Part shown: positions 24,105 through 34,700 of the stretch, one piece after another | How positions within the stretch are numbered: position 1 is the first letter of the stretch | How the letters are laid out: the number at the start of each line of letters is the position of its first letter | From: an uncultured virus (IMG/VR IMGVR_UViG_3300042908_000623) | Taxonomy: Duplodnaviria; Heunggongvirae; Uroviricota; Caudoviricetes | DNA length: 64,000 nt | Direction: 5' to 3' (one strand) | Virus record (IMG/VR): IMGVR_UViG_3300042908_000623 | Notes under the pieces: model-generated | Told to the model about the DNA's origin: nothing | Database searches by the model: none | What the model saw: the letters and a program-made list of their open reading frames with translations, nothing else | Made by a program: the position numbers and the translations under genes

Positions 24105-24779
24105 TTGTTCGTCTCGGTTTTATACCCAAACCACACACGGCGCATCGTACAGATGGAGCTTGAGGACTGTCACGCCATCCATCGGCGACTGATGCGAGCT
24201 TTCCCGGAGATGCCGAACATCGAAGAGTCACGCCGCCACTTCGGAGTCCTCTATCGACTCGAGACCGACGACACTCTTCATCGCCCCCGGATCATCGTCC
24301 AGTCGCGCATTCTTCCTGACTGGTCTGCCAATGGTATACCGTTCGACTACTTCGACAACATCGAAGAGTCGTCGTGCGCCAGCATCGCTTCCAGGTACGA
24401 CGCTATCACCACTGACGAGGTAATGCCCTTCCTCCTTCGCGGCAATCCCACCAAGCGACTATCCAGCAAGAACGGCATCAACGGAAAGCGCGTCGCCATC
24501 AAAGACGAGGCCGGCTGGCACGACTGGCTCAAGCGCAAGTCTGAACAGTCAGGCTTTGAGGTTCTGAACCTCAGCAAGTGCGGACAGCCTGAGCACAAGA
24601 TCGGTCGCCAGCTCGTGACCGCATCGAGCCTTAGCGGATATGGCGACCGCCGAATGACCTTCACCAGCATCGACTTTGCCGGAACACTTCGCGTCACCAA
24701 CGCCGACGACTTCAGGCTTGCCCTATGCGATGGTATAGGCACGGGCAAAGCGTTTGGCTACGGGCTGCTGCTGGTCTAA
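24105..24779 (+). CDS. cas6e: Type I-E CRISPR RNA endoribonuclease Cas6e (CasE/Cse3), orphan
   Basis: HRRLMRAF, VLYRLE, IVQS...PDW, FLLRGNPTK, GKR, WL.RK...GF, F.GTL.V, C-terminal G-loop GIGTGKAFGYGLL; TTG start with AAAGGA RBS. Confidence 0.92.
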   Translation: MFVSVLYPNHTRRIVQMELEDCHAIHRRLMRAFPEMPNIEESRRHFGVLYRLETDDTLHRPRIIVQSRILPDWSANGIPFDYFDNIEESSCASIASRYDAITTDEVMPFLLRGNPTKRLSSKNGINGKRVAIKDEAGWHDWLKRKSEQSGFEVLNLSKCGQPEHKIGRQLVTASSLSGYGDRRMTFTSIDFAGTLRVTNADDFRLALCDGIGTGKAFGYGLLLV

Positions 24780-24808
24780 AACGGCCACTACACGAAAGGC
24801 TATTCACC

Positions 24809-25039
24809 ATGGACACAACTACCGCAGCTTTGATTTTCATTTACGCAATGGGCGTAATCACGGGGCTAGTGATCAATCACGGCAAGGGCAACGGAGTGAC
24901 GATCACTCAGACCTACAACGAGTCCGAACCGGCGGTCAACATATCGACAATGCCAGGTATCGAGATATCCGACACCGACTGGCCGGACTCACTCGACACC
25001 GACAACCTCAACAACACAAAAGGAAACGACAACAAATGA
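24809..25039 (+). CDS. Small single-TM protein
   Basis: N-terminal hydrophobic helix; ATGA overlap with dnaN. Confidence 0.55.
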   Translation: MDTTTAALIFIYAMGVITGLVINHGKGNGVTITQTYNESEPAVNISTMPGIEISDTDWPDSLDTDNLNNTKGNDNK

Positions 25040-26133
25040 ACTTCAGAATAGGCAAATCATCACTCCTTAAAGAACTCGCATTCCTGCAAGGCGCGATCGC
25101 GCACAAGTCCACAATGCCGATACTACAGAATGTGCACATATCCTCAACGAGTGGGGGATTGAATCTTCGAGCTACAGACCTTGACGTGCACATCGCAACC
25201 TTCGCGGATGCGACGATCGATAGCGAAGGATCAGCGTGCATTCCCGCAAAGCGTTTTCACGACATCGTAAAGGCACTGCCAGACGCTGAGATCACGATTA
25301 CCACGAACGACACCGAAGCCGTGATCAAGTGCCAGCGCAGCCGCTTCAGGCTCTCAACGTCCCACCCTGACGGATATCCCAACAGTCGCACTGCTCCCTC
25401 TTCCCTGCTGCCGATATCCGCATCGATTCTCAGCACAATGATTGACCGCGTACAGTTCGCGGCATCGAAGGAAGAGTCGCGTTACGCGCTCAATGGCGTC
25501 AAGTTTGAGCTAGCCGAAGGCAAGGCGCGAATGGTCGCCACAGACAGTCACCGGATGGCATACATCGAGCGTGACGTGTACTACGAAGGCGCACCTATTG
25601 ACGTGCTGATTCCCGCCAAGACACTCGACCTTGTGTCAAAGCTGGCGTCGTCATCGGACACTATATCGATCGGATACGAAAACACGACGGTGTTCTTTGA
25701 GGTCGGCAAGCGCGTCATTGCCAGCCGTGTACTTGCTGGTCAGTTCCCGAACTATCGACTTGTGATGGCGAATCATCCTGAGCGGATCGCAGTCAACGCT
25801 CAAGAGTTTGCGTCCGCCTTACGTCGAGTTGCGTTGGTTGCAGACGCTCAGTCATCGTCGGTCAAACTAACGATGAATCGCGACCTCGTGAGTATATCGG
25901 CTGCGTCTCAGGACGTGGGAGACGCTGGCGAGGATGTGCCGTCAAACGTCCCGGAAGCGTTGATAGGTCAGTCGATAGGGCTGAAGTCTGGGTACGTGGC
26001 CGACTTCTTCACCGCTTGCAATGCGGTAAATATGACCATCGACTACAAGGACAGTATGTCACAGATCGTGATGAGACCCACAGATGACGGTGACTACGAT
26101 TACCAGTATATCGTGATGCCGATGAGGGTCTGA
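25036..26133 (+). CDS. dnaN: DNA polymerase III sliding clamp (beta subunit)
   Basis: ATDLD, SRYALNGV, VATDSHRMA, GQFPNY, YIVMPMRV. Confidence 0.95.
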   Translation: MNFRIGKSSLLKELAFLQGAIAHKSTMPILQNVHISSTSGGLNLRATDLDVHIATFADATIDSEGSACIPAKRFHDIVKALPDAEITITTNDTEAVIKCQRSRFRLSTSHPDGYPNSRTAPSSLLPISASILSTMIDRVQFAASKEESRYALNGVKFELAEGKARMVATDSHRMAYIERDVYYEGAPIDVLIPAKTLDLVSKLASSSDTISIGYENTTVFFEVGKRVIASRVLAGQFPNYRLVMANHPERIAVNAQEFASALRRVALVADAQSSSVKLTMNRDLVSISAASQDVGDAGEDVPSNVPEALIGQSIGLKSGYVADFFTACNAVNMTIDYKDSMSQIVMRPTDDGDYDYQYIVMPMRV

Positions 26134-26159
26134 GCTATCAGCGATCGACCAGCAAAGCA

Positions 26160-26196
26160 AAAAGGCCGCGTCAATAATGGCGCGGCCTTTTCGTTT
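26160..26196. terminator. Bidirectional terminator at the A/B junction
   Basis: AAAAGGCCGCG...CGCGGCCTTTT between convergent genes. Confidence 0.8.
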
Positions 26197-26308
26197 GATG
26201 CCTGAAAATAGAAGCGGCCCAAGTGACTCTCCGCAAAAAGTTTCACTTGGGCCTGAACTCAAACCACTTTCTCTTACCCGGCAAGAGTACCAAGAACCAA
26301 TATCTCCG

Positions 26309-26641
26309 TCAAGCGGTCGTCGTCTGAATTCGCACCTTGTAGTCAATCGAATTGTCGAAGTTGATCTGATACTCCAACGCTGAAATGAAGTATCCAGTAT
26401 GCGTGACGTTCTGATATGGCTCGAGCCAGTCAAAGGCGGTCGCCGGAAAGTTCTGATTGTAGAAGGTCTGGAATGCCTGAAACTCGTCAAGCTGGCGATT
26501 CTTGAACTCCAAGTCGTACTCAAAGTATCGTCCCGCCTTCGTGCGTCCGAATCGAGTACGATCATCGGAGTAGTCCACAACGGCATTCTGAAGTTGTCGT
26601 CCTGATATCACGTAGCTGGGCTGATATGGCAATGTCGGCAT
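26309..26641 (-). CDS. Distal-tail-like (lambda gpM-like) protein
   Basis: Size and pattern (YDLEF..R...F..FY....AFDW..P); last gene of the tail operon. Confidence 0.55.
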   Translation of the reverse strand: MPTLPYQPSYVISGRQLQNAVVDYSDDRTRFGRTKAGRYFEYDLEFKNRQLDEFQAFQTFYNQNFPATAFDWLEPYQNVTHTGYFISALEYQINFDNSIDYKVRIQTTTA

Positions 26642-26653
26642 AATCAAGTCTCC

Positions 26654-28066
26654 TTATGGCACAGGTACTGAGTGCGCGGTGTCTGAGTATGGAGTAGTTA
26701 CTAGGATCTTTGCCCGAATGCGCTTGAGCTGCGGCCCTTCCTCAAGTTCCTCAGTCTCTGTCACCATTGCACGATAGATCGGACTTGACCTTTCCCAAAA
26801 GCGAGTTGACCCAAACACGTGAGAGCCGAACAGCGAGCTTTCTACTGCATTCGACGGCAGTAGTAACTCGTGCGCGATCGTAATCAAGTCGCCCGGAAGC
26901 AAGGCGTAAGCATCGCCAAACGCTATCAGCTCGATGCCAGCGTTACACACGCCGTCAAGCTGCGTGCGCCAATAGCAAATGCGCTCTGCCTGCGATCGCT
27001 TCATCGGCGGTAGCTGTATCTCTACGCGATTCTGGCCGCTCGTGTACTCCTCAAGATCAGCATCGAAATACTCGACCGACACCTCTTCAAGGTACTCGGT
27101 ATCCACATCACGAAACGTCGCCTTGTACCCAGTCGGAAGGCTTCGCTGATCCGCCACGTACAGACTCACGCTTCGGCAATTCGACTCGGTGAAGGCGTGA
27201 GTTTCAAGCACGACATTCGACGAACTCAGTACCGGCAAGAACTCGATCGACTGGCCGTTGTCCTGCCAATACGTACAGCTTGACTGACATACAATCGTCA
27301 GCGCATTCAGTATCGACATCGACTGAGTTAGCACAAGGTTCGACTCAAACCGCTTGATGGTCGATCCACCCCACGTAATAAGCACGTCGCAGTAGTTCTT
27401 CCACGTCGTCCAGCTTGCCCAGTCAACGCGAGACAGAAGCCCTGCACGATTAAGCAGATCAGCCGCAATACGCGCCGGATTCGTCGAGTAGGATCCAGCG
27501 TCAACGAGATTGCCAACGCTGTCATAATCTGCAACCTTCAGGCATTCGCACACAGCGCGAAACTTATCTGGCCGCTCCTCTACTGACTGATCCGTTGATA
27601 GCAGTACCTCAGCATATGCCGTGCGCGAGTACGTCGGTGACGACGGAAAGAACATCGGCAATCCTTGCACAGCGTCTCCCGTACCTGTGGACAACGTGCC
27701 AGGATGAAACTTGTATCCCGGAGTAGTCGAGCTTGCAGACGCTGAAATCGACTCGCCCGCATACCAGGCGCGTGATATCGCGTTCCACGGGCCATTACCA
27801 AGCGCAACAATAAACTTGCACGAAGGCGGAGGGCCGGATGTGTGCTCATACTCAACAAGGTTGCCCGCTACCACGTGCTGGCCATAGGCAAGAGCAAGCG
27901 TGGCATTCTCGTCGATCTGCAGTTCGGTCAGGGTCTTGTCTGGTGATGGTGGTACAGGTGACGGCGGCCCACCACTGCCGGAGCCTCCACCGCCAGGCGG
28001 AAGCGATGGATCGTATGGTTGATTCGGATCAGACGGATCGTAGTACAGATTGGTGATATCAAACAT
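26654..28066 (-). CDS. Tail tip / baseplate hub-like protein (second copy)
   Basis: LAYG..VVAGN, STNPA.I..DLL, LLPGD.I.I patterns of gpJ-like hubs. Confidence 0.65.
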   Translation of the reverse strand: MFDITNLYYDPSDPNQPYDPSLPPGGGGSGSGGPPSPVPPSPDKTLTELQIDENATLALAYGQHVVAGNLVEYEHTSGPPPSCKFIVALGNGPWNAISRAWYAGESISASASSTTPGYKFHPGTLSTGTGDAVQGLPMFFPSSPTYSRTAYAEVLLSTDQSVEERPDKFRAVCECLKVADYDSVGNLVDAGSYSTNPARIAADLLNRAGLLSRVDWASWTTWKNYCDVLITWGGSTIKRFESNLVLTQSMSILNALTIVCQSSCTYWQDNGQSIEFLPVLSSSNVVLETHAFTESNCRSVSLYVADQRSLPTGYKATFRDVDTEYLEEVSVEYFDADLEEYTSGQNRVEIQLPPMKRSQAERICYWRTQLDGVCNAGIELIAFGDAYALLPGDLITIAHELLLPSNAVESSLFGSHVFGSTRFWERSSPIYRAMVTETEELEEGPQLKRIRAKILVTTPYSDTAHSVPVP

Positions 28067-28114
28067 AAAAATCAAGCCCCACAATTGACCTGTAGCGCGT
28101 TTTTAGGTCGCGGC

Positions 28115-28360
28115 CTATACCTCACTATGGATCAGATTATCGTCAAAAGCTATGCGGTACGTGGTGACGGTCTCGGGGCTGTACGGATCGGCGATAACAA
28201 GCGGTGTCTGCGCTCGATCGTGCGTGTAGATGTCGTCAGCTTGTTCGCGCGTGATCCACTTTGTTTTCACGAACAATTCGACTTGTCGAATCGTGATAGT
28301 GCCAGCCGTCCAGCGATTCAGTATCAATCGATACTGCGGGGTGATCGCTATCTCTGCCAT
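28115..28360 (-). CDS. Small tail-associated protein
   Basis: W....IT..QV...V...WIT.EQAD.I, XkdX-like; follows the fibre chaperone. Confidence 0.5.
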   Translation of the reverse strand: MAEIAITPQYRLILNRWTAGTITIRQVELFVKTKWITREQADDIYTHDRAQTPLVIADPYSPETVTTYRIAFDDNLIHSEV

Positions 28361-28599
28361 TACGCGCCTCCCTGTTGAGTGTCGAGCATTAAGTCAATCA
28401 TCAGTTCTGCCGCTTCGAGTCGCTCTTCGATTGTTGGCAAAATTGGAATGATGGCCTCAACGTCAGGCGGATCGGCAACATTGCCAAGAGCCACCCACGC
28501 TAGATAATCCTGATAATCGCCATTCGATAAATCCATTGGAATCGAGGTTGAACCATCGCGAATAATAAACCCATTTGTAGTTAACTTGTATTGAGGCAT
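28360..28599 (-). CDS. Tail fibre assembly/chaperone-like protein
   Basis: IP.D..N.DYQ.YLAW...GN motif. Confidence 0.65.
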   Translation of the reverse strand: MPQYKLTTNGFIIRDGSTSIPMDLSNGDYQDYLAWVALGNVADPPDVEAIIPILPTIEERLEAAELMIDLMLDTQQGGA

Positions 28600-30252
28600 T
28601 TACAACTCCGCTGAGACGACAACGTAGGCCAAAGTACCAGAGTTTGCGTCCTGAAATAGGCCAGCTGTGCCGGAAGTGAGATCGGCGGCTGTTCGAGTTG
28701 CCTGCATATGCAAGGCGTTCCGCGATATTGCCGATGTCGCAATGGTATTTCCTGCAAAAGAAGCAGTCGTGTAAATTCGAAACGTCGTGCCTGCTGAGTA
28801 GGTGGCGGACGGAGTACCACGCATCGGCACGGGATAAGGGATAATGGTGTCAAACTTATTCGTAGCTGTACATAGTCCTATGCCAAACGGAGCATTTGCT
28901 GACGTCTGCCATAGACCGTAGGTGTAGCGCAAGCATCGCTCTAACTGTGCATCAATCGGCAGTCGATCATACGGTGTAGCGACGCTACCTGCCTCCAGTT
29001 GCACGTCGGTGATGTAAATAAAGTCGCCAGCAGTTGTATCAGTTACATCAGACCAGATAAACACGATCAAGTTTTTCGCTGAACCGCTGACCGTGCCTGT
29101 AAATGGCTGCGCGTTTGTCGTGCCGTATTCAGTCCAAGAATTTTGCGCATTTATATTTACCGGAGTGTTTACGTAACTGGCATTTGTTATGAGGGTCGGA
29201 TTCGTACCCTCTGCGTTCCAAGTTGAAACGATGTCACTTGTAACTGTGTCCGCCGTGCCTGTCCACTCCACGATTGCCACTTTGATGTTGTCAAGTTTTG
29301 TTGTTGATGAAACTTTGATTTTGAACGATAGCGTTACTGGCTTGCCGATTAAGCCCACGCAGTTTCTTTGCTCAATTATTTGAGCTATCCCAAACTTGAA
29401 CGCCGATGCGCTGGTGTTTACGACGCGCAATCTACATCCAGTCTGCTGATAATCATACTGCTCGCCAGGTAAATCACTGGTCTCCTGATTGACCTCTACT
29501 CGATTATTTCCGTCTGACAGGATATACCATCGATCAAACGTATAAGCGTCGTCGTTGTTTGGGAACACTGACGATGACACGTGAGTAATGCTGTCACCCG
29601 GCCTGACTCGCTGATCAATAGCAAAATCACCGTTTATCAAAGCGTTTCTTGTACCGCGCTGGTTGACCCATCGCACACTGTATGGATCGCCAGTTCCACC
29701 CGTTCCTATAGCTTGCAAAACTTGACCTGGTAGACCGTATCCGTTATCGGCTATCACCGCTCCAACCAATGCTAAATCCGTAATTGTTGGCGTGATATTG
29801 CGCACGACATCGCCAAGGCCTGACGAAAAATTCCATTCAACACCCGTACCAGTCGCAGTCAAAACGCTGTTTGCATCGCCTTGGTATGGCGTACTGCCCA
29901 CATATAAATTGCCCGTTATGGTTGGCGTGTTGATTGTTGCATTGGTAATTGTTGCGCCCTGAGATAGTACGACTGCTGATGAACCTGTTGTCGCCCGTTC
30001 CCCAAGGACTCCATTGTTGTTGTAAAGAAAACTGCCATCTGTCGCGTCGTAAACCTCGGAATTTCCAACGCTTAAATTGCCGTAAATATAAATATTGTCA
30101 GTATTCAATGGAGGACTAAAGTTTGTTGCAGTATTCCCAGCTGCTACCCACGCCAGATAATCCTGATAATCAGCGTTAAGCGGATCGACAGGAATAAGCC
30201 GGCCCGAATCGTCTTTAATAATATCTTCACTAACTGTTTGATATGTAGGCAT
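28600..30252 (-). CDS. Tail fibre / receptor-binding protein 2
   Basis: RNALINGDF.I.QR, YTFDRW, VQLEAGSVATPY, CLRY motifs. Confidence 0.75.
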   Translation of the reverse strand: MPTYQTVSEDIIKDDSGRLIPVDPLNADYQDYLAWVAAGNTATNFSPPLNTDNIYIYGNLSVGNSEVYDATDGSFLYNNNGVLGERATTGSSAVVLSQGATITNATINTPTITGNLYVGSTPYQGDANSVLTATGTGVEWNFSSGLGDVVRNITPTITDLALVGAVIADNGYGLPGQVLQAIGTGGTGDPYSVRWVNQRGTRNALINGDFAIDQRVRPGDSITHVSSSVFPNNDDAYTFDRWYILSDGNNRVEVNQETSDLPGEQYDYQQTGCRLRVVNTSASAFKFGIAQIIEQRNCVGLIGKPVTLSFKIKVSSTTKLDNIKVAIVEWTGTADTVTSDIVSTWNAEGTNPTLITNASYVNTPVNINAQNSWTEYGTTNAQPFTGTVSGSAKNLIVFIWSDVTDTTAGDFIYITDVQLEAGSVATPYDRLPIDAQLERCLRYTYGLWQTSANAPFGIGLCTATNKFDTIIPYPVPMRGTPSATYSAGTTFRIYTTASFAGNTIATSAISRNALHMQATRTAADLTSGTAGLFQDANSGTLAYVVVSAEL

Positions 30253-31727
30253 TACAACTCCGAGTTAAACGAAATGAACGAATTTCCGGTTGAGGCTGCT
30301 CCAAAGTCCGACAACGTATCTATGCCATTAGGCGCGGAACTGGTTGTTGTTAATGCGCCTCTCGTTGCGCGTAATATAAGAGAGCTTGCTCTAATTCCCA
30401 AAGTGGTAAACGACCCAGTAAACGTGTAATTTTTGAAAAAATTAGTCTTAAATGCACTTGGAAACGTTCCCAAAAATGTTGGAGGAATTCGCATGGGAAC
30501 GCTCAATGAAAAAATATGTTCAAATATAGGGCCATTCCAAGTTCCCGTTCCGGGGTACGGCATCCCGCTACTTGTGGCGTGATAAATTACAAAATATCGT
30601 TGACATAAATCCTCAGTAACCCTTTGTGGAATGACCTCAAAACTGGTCGCAGTTAATCCTGGCTCAAACTGAACATCAGTAATAAGCAGGTGATCGCCAG
30701 TTGCATTTACTGTCGAATTTGACCAGATCATCACTCCAATATTTTTGAAAGAGGATGGCAATTGCGCGGATATTGAGAACGTCTGCCAGTCAGTTGACAG
30801 CGATTGACTATTGTCTCGCACGTAGGAATAGCCAGCTCCCAAGGTAGGATTGGTTCCAGTAGCGTTCCAAGATGCTGTATTTATTATCGTCGAGCGATTA
30901 ACAGCGTCTGCCGTTGCACCATTGTAAGCAAGGATGGCAAAGTTGAGCGATGTCAGATTCCCGACGCCTGATGTTGTATTAACCGCCTTTGCCTTAAATG
31001 ACAGCGTGACGTTTTGGCCTGCCAAATGTGCGCAGTTTTTGTTTTCGATTATTTGCGCAATGCCAAATTTGCTAACTGCATTTACTGCCAGTTTAATTCC
31101 CGTGCCAGAGGCTAGATCATTTATTCCACCTGTAGCAGTGCCGAAAACGGTAGACGCCTGTGTGACGTTAAAGGTGCCGGTTGCTGTTTGTCGCAGCAAA
31201 AACCACCGATCAAATGTGTAGTTTGTGTGGGCGGTAGTGAACGGCATGAGCGTCGTTGCGGTTGTTGTGAAACTTGGCAATACGGATGCGTAATTTTTAG
31301 ACCGTTGAGCAACTTGAAAATTGCCATTCACTATTAAATTTCGATAAGTCGAAACTAATGTCACCGGTGTAGTAGTTGCGGCAATAGTCGTCGTGTCGTC
31401 TAATGACCACGCCTGCCCAGCTGTTAACACGATGCGAGTAATAAAACGAGAAGACGCGCCATTCCTGTAACTGAGCGTAATTGCTTCTGCCGCCGATCCG
31501 CGATTATACAGCGTTAAACCCTTGATCACTCTTCTGACATTGCTCGCCGGTGCTGGCGTAATGTCCGCTGCTGTAGTGCTGGTAATTTGTCCATCAGTTG
31601 CACCCTCGGTGAATGACGTTGCGGTGCTATCACTCCATGTTGTGACGTAATCCACGAGTGCGCTATCAGTCGCCGCCATTGCCTGTAAAGACTTTGATGT
31701 ACTGTCAAGTACAAATCCTTTTGCCAT
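30252..31727 (-). CDS. Tail fibre / receptor-binding protein 1
   Basis: Same domain as 28600-30252; lower GC. Confidence 0.75.
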   Translation of the reverse strand: MAKGFVLDSTSKSLQAMAATDSALVDYVTTWSDSTATSFTEGATDGQITSTTAADITPAPASNVRRVIKGLTLYNRGSAAEAITLSYRNGASSRFITRIVLTAGQAWSLDDTTTIAATTTPVTLVSTYRNLIVNGNFQVAQRSKNYASVLPSFTTTATTLMPFTTAHTNYTFDRWFLLRQTATGTFNVTQASTVFGTATGGINDLASGTGIKLAVNAVSKFGIAQIIENKNCAHLAGQNVTLSFKAKAVNTTSGVGNLTSLNFAILAYNGATADAVNRSTIINTASWNATGTNPTLGAGYSYVRDNSQSLSTDWQTFSISAQLPSSFKNIGVMIWSNSTVNATGDHLLITDVQFEPGLTATSFEVIPQRVTEDLCQRYFVIYHATSSGMPYPGTGTWNGPIFEHIFSLSVPMRIPPTFLGTFPSAFKTNFFKNYTFTGSFTTLGIRASSLILRATRGALTTTSSAPNGIDTLSDFGAASTGNSFISFNSEL

Positions 31728-31741
31728 ATTGCCTCATTTTT

Positions 31742-34700
31742 TTAACTCAAAAACCACGCATAGGATGGCAGCCCATACTGCCCAGTCGCAGTAATTGTGC
31801 CCCAACTCAGATTACCGTTCATGTCCGTGATCAGCACCTGCCCAGCCGCTGAGGGGGCTGTCACCGGCCATTGATACGGGGGAGTGGTCACTGTCAGCGT
31901 CGTTGTGTTCGTTCCTGATCGCAGAGTGTTTACTGGCGTGATCTTGATTTGCGTACCTGGTACGATTGCAGACACCTCAAAGACTCCCACTTTATCTCCG
32001 GCAACTATTATCGGCGCAATCTCAGCCAGCGGGACATAGCCACTGCCTCGATTGATCTCGATCTTTGCCGTCTGACTGCCGACATAGTCAGAGCTAAACG
32101 TAAACGACACGCGACCGCTGTCGATAGTCGTGTACTGGATTGCCAGATTTGTCACCGCAGGCGGCGCGGCAGTTGTCCAGGTGCTGGCAACATTGAGGCC
32201 CATCGTGCGCACGGTCGCCGCCGTGGTGAACTGCTCCTCAACATAGAGCCTGGCAACGATCGACACCGTGTGATTTTGCGTTATCCGCAGCTCTTCGACG
32301 CGAAATAGCTGGTTGCGCCGCCCAATCATGTTGGCGTGATTGACCGCGATAATATCGCCCTCTTCGAGCAGCAGGGCAGTGCCGGTCGCCTGAAACGAGC
32401 AGAAAAAATCACCGTCACGGTATTTGTATCGAGCTGCCTGAACGAGTCGATCCGCCTGGTGATAGTTGTCCACACACGCGCCGCTGATGTCTAGCTTGTT
32501 GACTTTATTGACGCGATCCTGATGATCGTAATCATTCTCTCGAAGCTCCACCTGCTGAAAGTCCTGAACGGCATCGGTGTAAGTCAGCGCAAACTGGTTA
32601 TAGCTGCTCTGCTTGTTGCCCATTGGCCACTTGAACGAATCCTTGATGATGTTGGACTTTGCAAGCATTCCGAATGCCGCATCGGCAAAGGCTGCATGAA
32701 CGTGGACAACCTGCTCAACGGTCGTGTGCGGATATTGCGTGCCGCTCTCAAGGATGAGTTTGCCCAGCTTCGCAAATAGCGTCACCTTCGTTGGATCGGC
32801 CGGAGTCCATACCGCTTCGATATACCTGCTCAGTGTCGGATTGGCATTGATCACCGTCGCCAGCTCGCCAGCTTTTTCGGCCGCCGTGCCGGTGTTGCTG
32901 CTGACCGTTACGATTACACCGTCAATGTTTACGATGATTGCAATGCTGTCACTTCCGACTGTCAGGTAATTCCAGGCTCGTGTGGTTGCGCTCCCGCCGC
33001 TGAACGTGCCTGAGTAGGCCGTGACGTTCTGAGTAGCTGACACCGTGAGGCTATTACCTGCCGTGGAGTATTCCATATCCACGACGCGCCGAGTTTCGCT
33101 GTTCTCAGTGCCAGCACCCACCAGTGCGTAGATGCGATTCAGTGCAAGTCTCTGCCAGACGGTGACATCCTCGACCGCAATTTCCGTTGCACCGATTGCG
33201 GCATTACTTCGCAGATATGACAGGATGGCCGGACGTTCACTTTTGATCTGGAGCTTGCCATCTGCCCCGGTTGTCAGGTATCCACGAAACGATGGCAGCA
33301 AATGCTTGAAGAGAAAGTCGGCCACCTTTACAGGCTCTTTTAGGTGCCAGTTGCTCGTGTACCGCTTTCGATAAAACGTCGTAGCCACAATGCCTCTCGG
33401 ATCCGGCGGATTCTCCGGATCGTAGGCCTGGTACAATGCCCCAAATGTCTGAGGCCGTTGTGGCTCGGTTGTCGGCTTGCTGCCTGCCGGTGTGCGCGTG
33501 TCGGCATAGAGCAAATATCGAAAAAACTTCCAGTCCAGGATTCCGGTCGAACGGAATCGTTTCCAGTCGGTTCCGGCTGTGCCCAGATTCTGATCGTAAT
33601 AAAACTCTTCACAGCCTGATGTATCGATCAGAGGATCGTTGCAATATCGCGCCGTCTCTGCCGCCGTCTCATCGTCAATCCACGACTCCGGATATTTCAA
33701 GCCACGCTCAGAGGTAAGCAGATGCCGCACGTGTTCGACAGGATTATCAGAGAAGTCTAAGTTGTCAAAGCAACTGCCACCGAGAGATTGAATTTTATTC
33801 CACAACACTACTGCCGCGATCGTTGGCGCGGGATCGCCTGTGTCGGGATTCTCGCCCTCGATGGTTGCCTCGACGTATGCGCGATGCGAGTAGTACTCAT
33901 CACCCAAAAGATTGCTTGCTGTTTTTTGCGACGCATCCGGCCCAAACTCGCCGATGTGTTCCGTTTTGGACTGGAATGTTGTGGCCCAGCCTGCCGTGGT
34001 ATTGCGCACGTCGGCAAACGTCGTTACCGGCCCCTCACCGGCGAGAAAATGCCCGTACAGGTATTCGCCGGTGTCTGCATATAAAACTGGCGTCAGGTCA
34101 ATCTGTGAGCGTCCTAGGCCCATTGGTACACTCTGCCCAGTTGCGGCATTGTCTGTCGATGTCCACATCTTCGTCGCGCGTCGCGATCCAATGGTTGACG
34201 CAGCTGTCCCGCTTGACCGTGCATTGACTTTAAACGAGCCAATCACCGCACGATAACGAAAGCCCTGGAAGGCTTTCTGATTGCCATACTCAAAGCATTG
34301 CTGCGATGATTTATTGCAGGTGCTGGCGTTGATGTAGTTGACACTTTTTGCGCTTTCGCTTTCACCCGCAAGGCATTCAACGCCTTTGAATTTTAATGGG
34401 CAACGAGTGTCAAATTTCGCAAAAGGTATTTCATTTTCGATGCTGCCCAGATCCTGCTTTGCTGTCAGGCTGATCTGCGCATTCTCAATGTCACCAGGCT
34501 TTTCACACCGGCCAACAAACAGCGTAATCGAGTCATCGTCAATCGATCGACTGACAGCCCGGATTACGACTCGGTATCCCTCAAGGTCGATCGATGATAG
34601 CCAATCTGACAGCAGCCGATCGACGTTGCTCAACGTGATGCTGACGCTATTGAATTTCTCGGTCATATACCGCGAGACATCGCCCCGACTGATGGCTTGC

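Larger units (their letters stand above)
1..26200. mobile_element. Phage genome unit A (left-truncated): lysis, nucleotide metabolism, replication, control region, early arm
   Basis: Continuous phage-type genes, with divergent arms around promoters at ~11.3 kb and no host genes. Confidence 0.85.

Noticed and set aside
23999..26308. CRISPR array or mini-array near cas6e
   Set aside because: No repeated 28-37 bp unit with spacers in the flanking gaps or in any other intergenic region I read.
28600..31727. Diversity-generating retroelement acting on the fibres
   Set aside because: No reverse transcriptase and no adenine-specific TR/VR pair seen.
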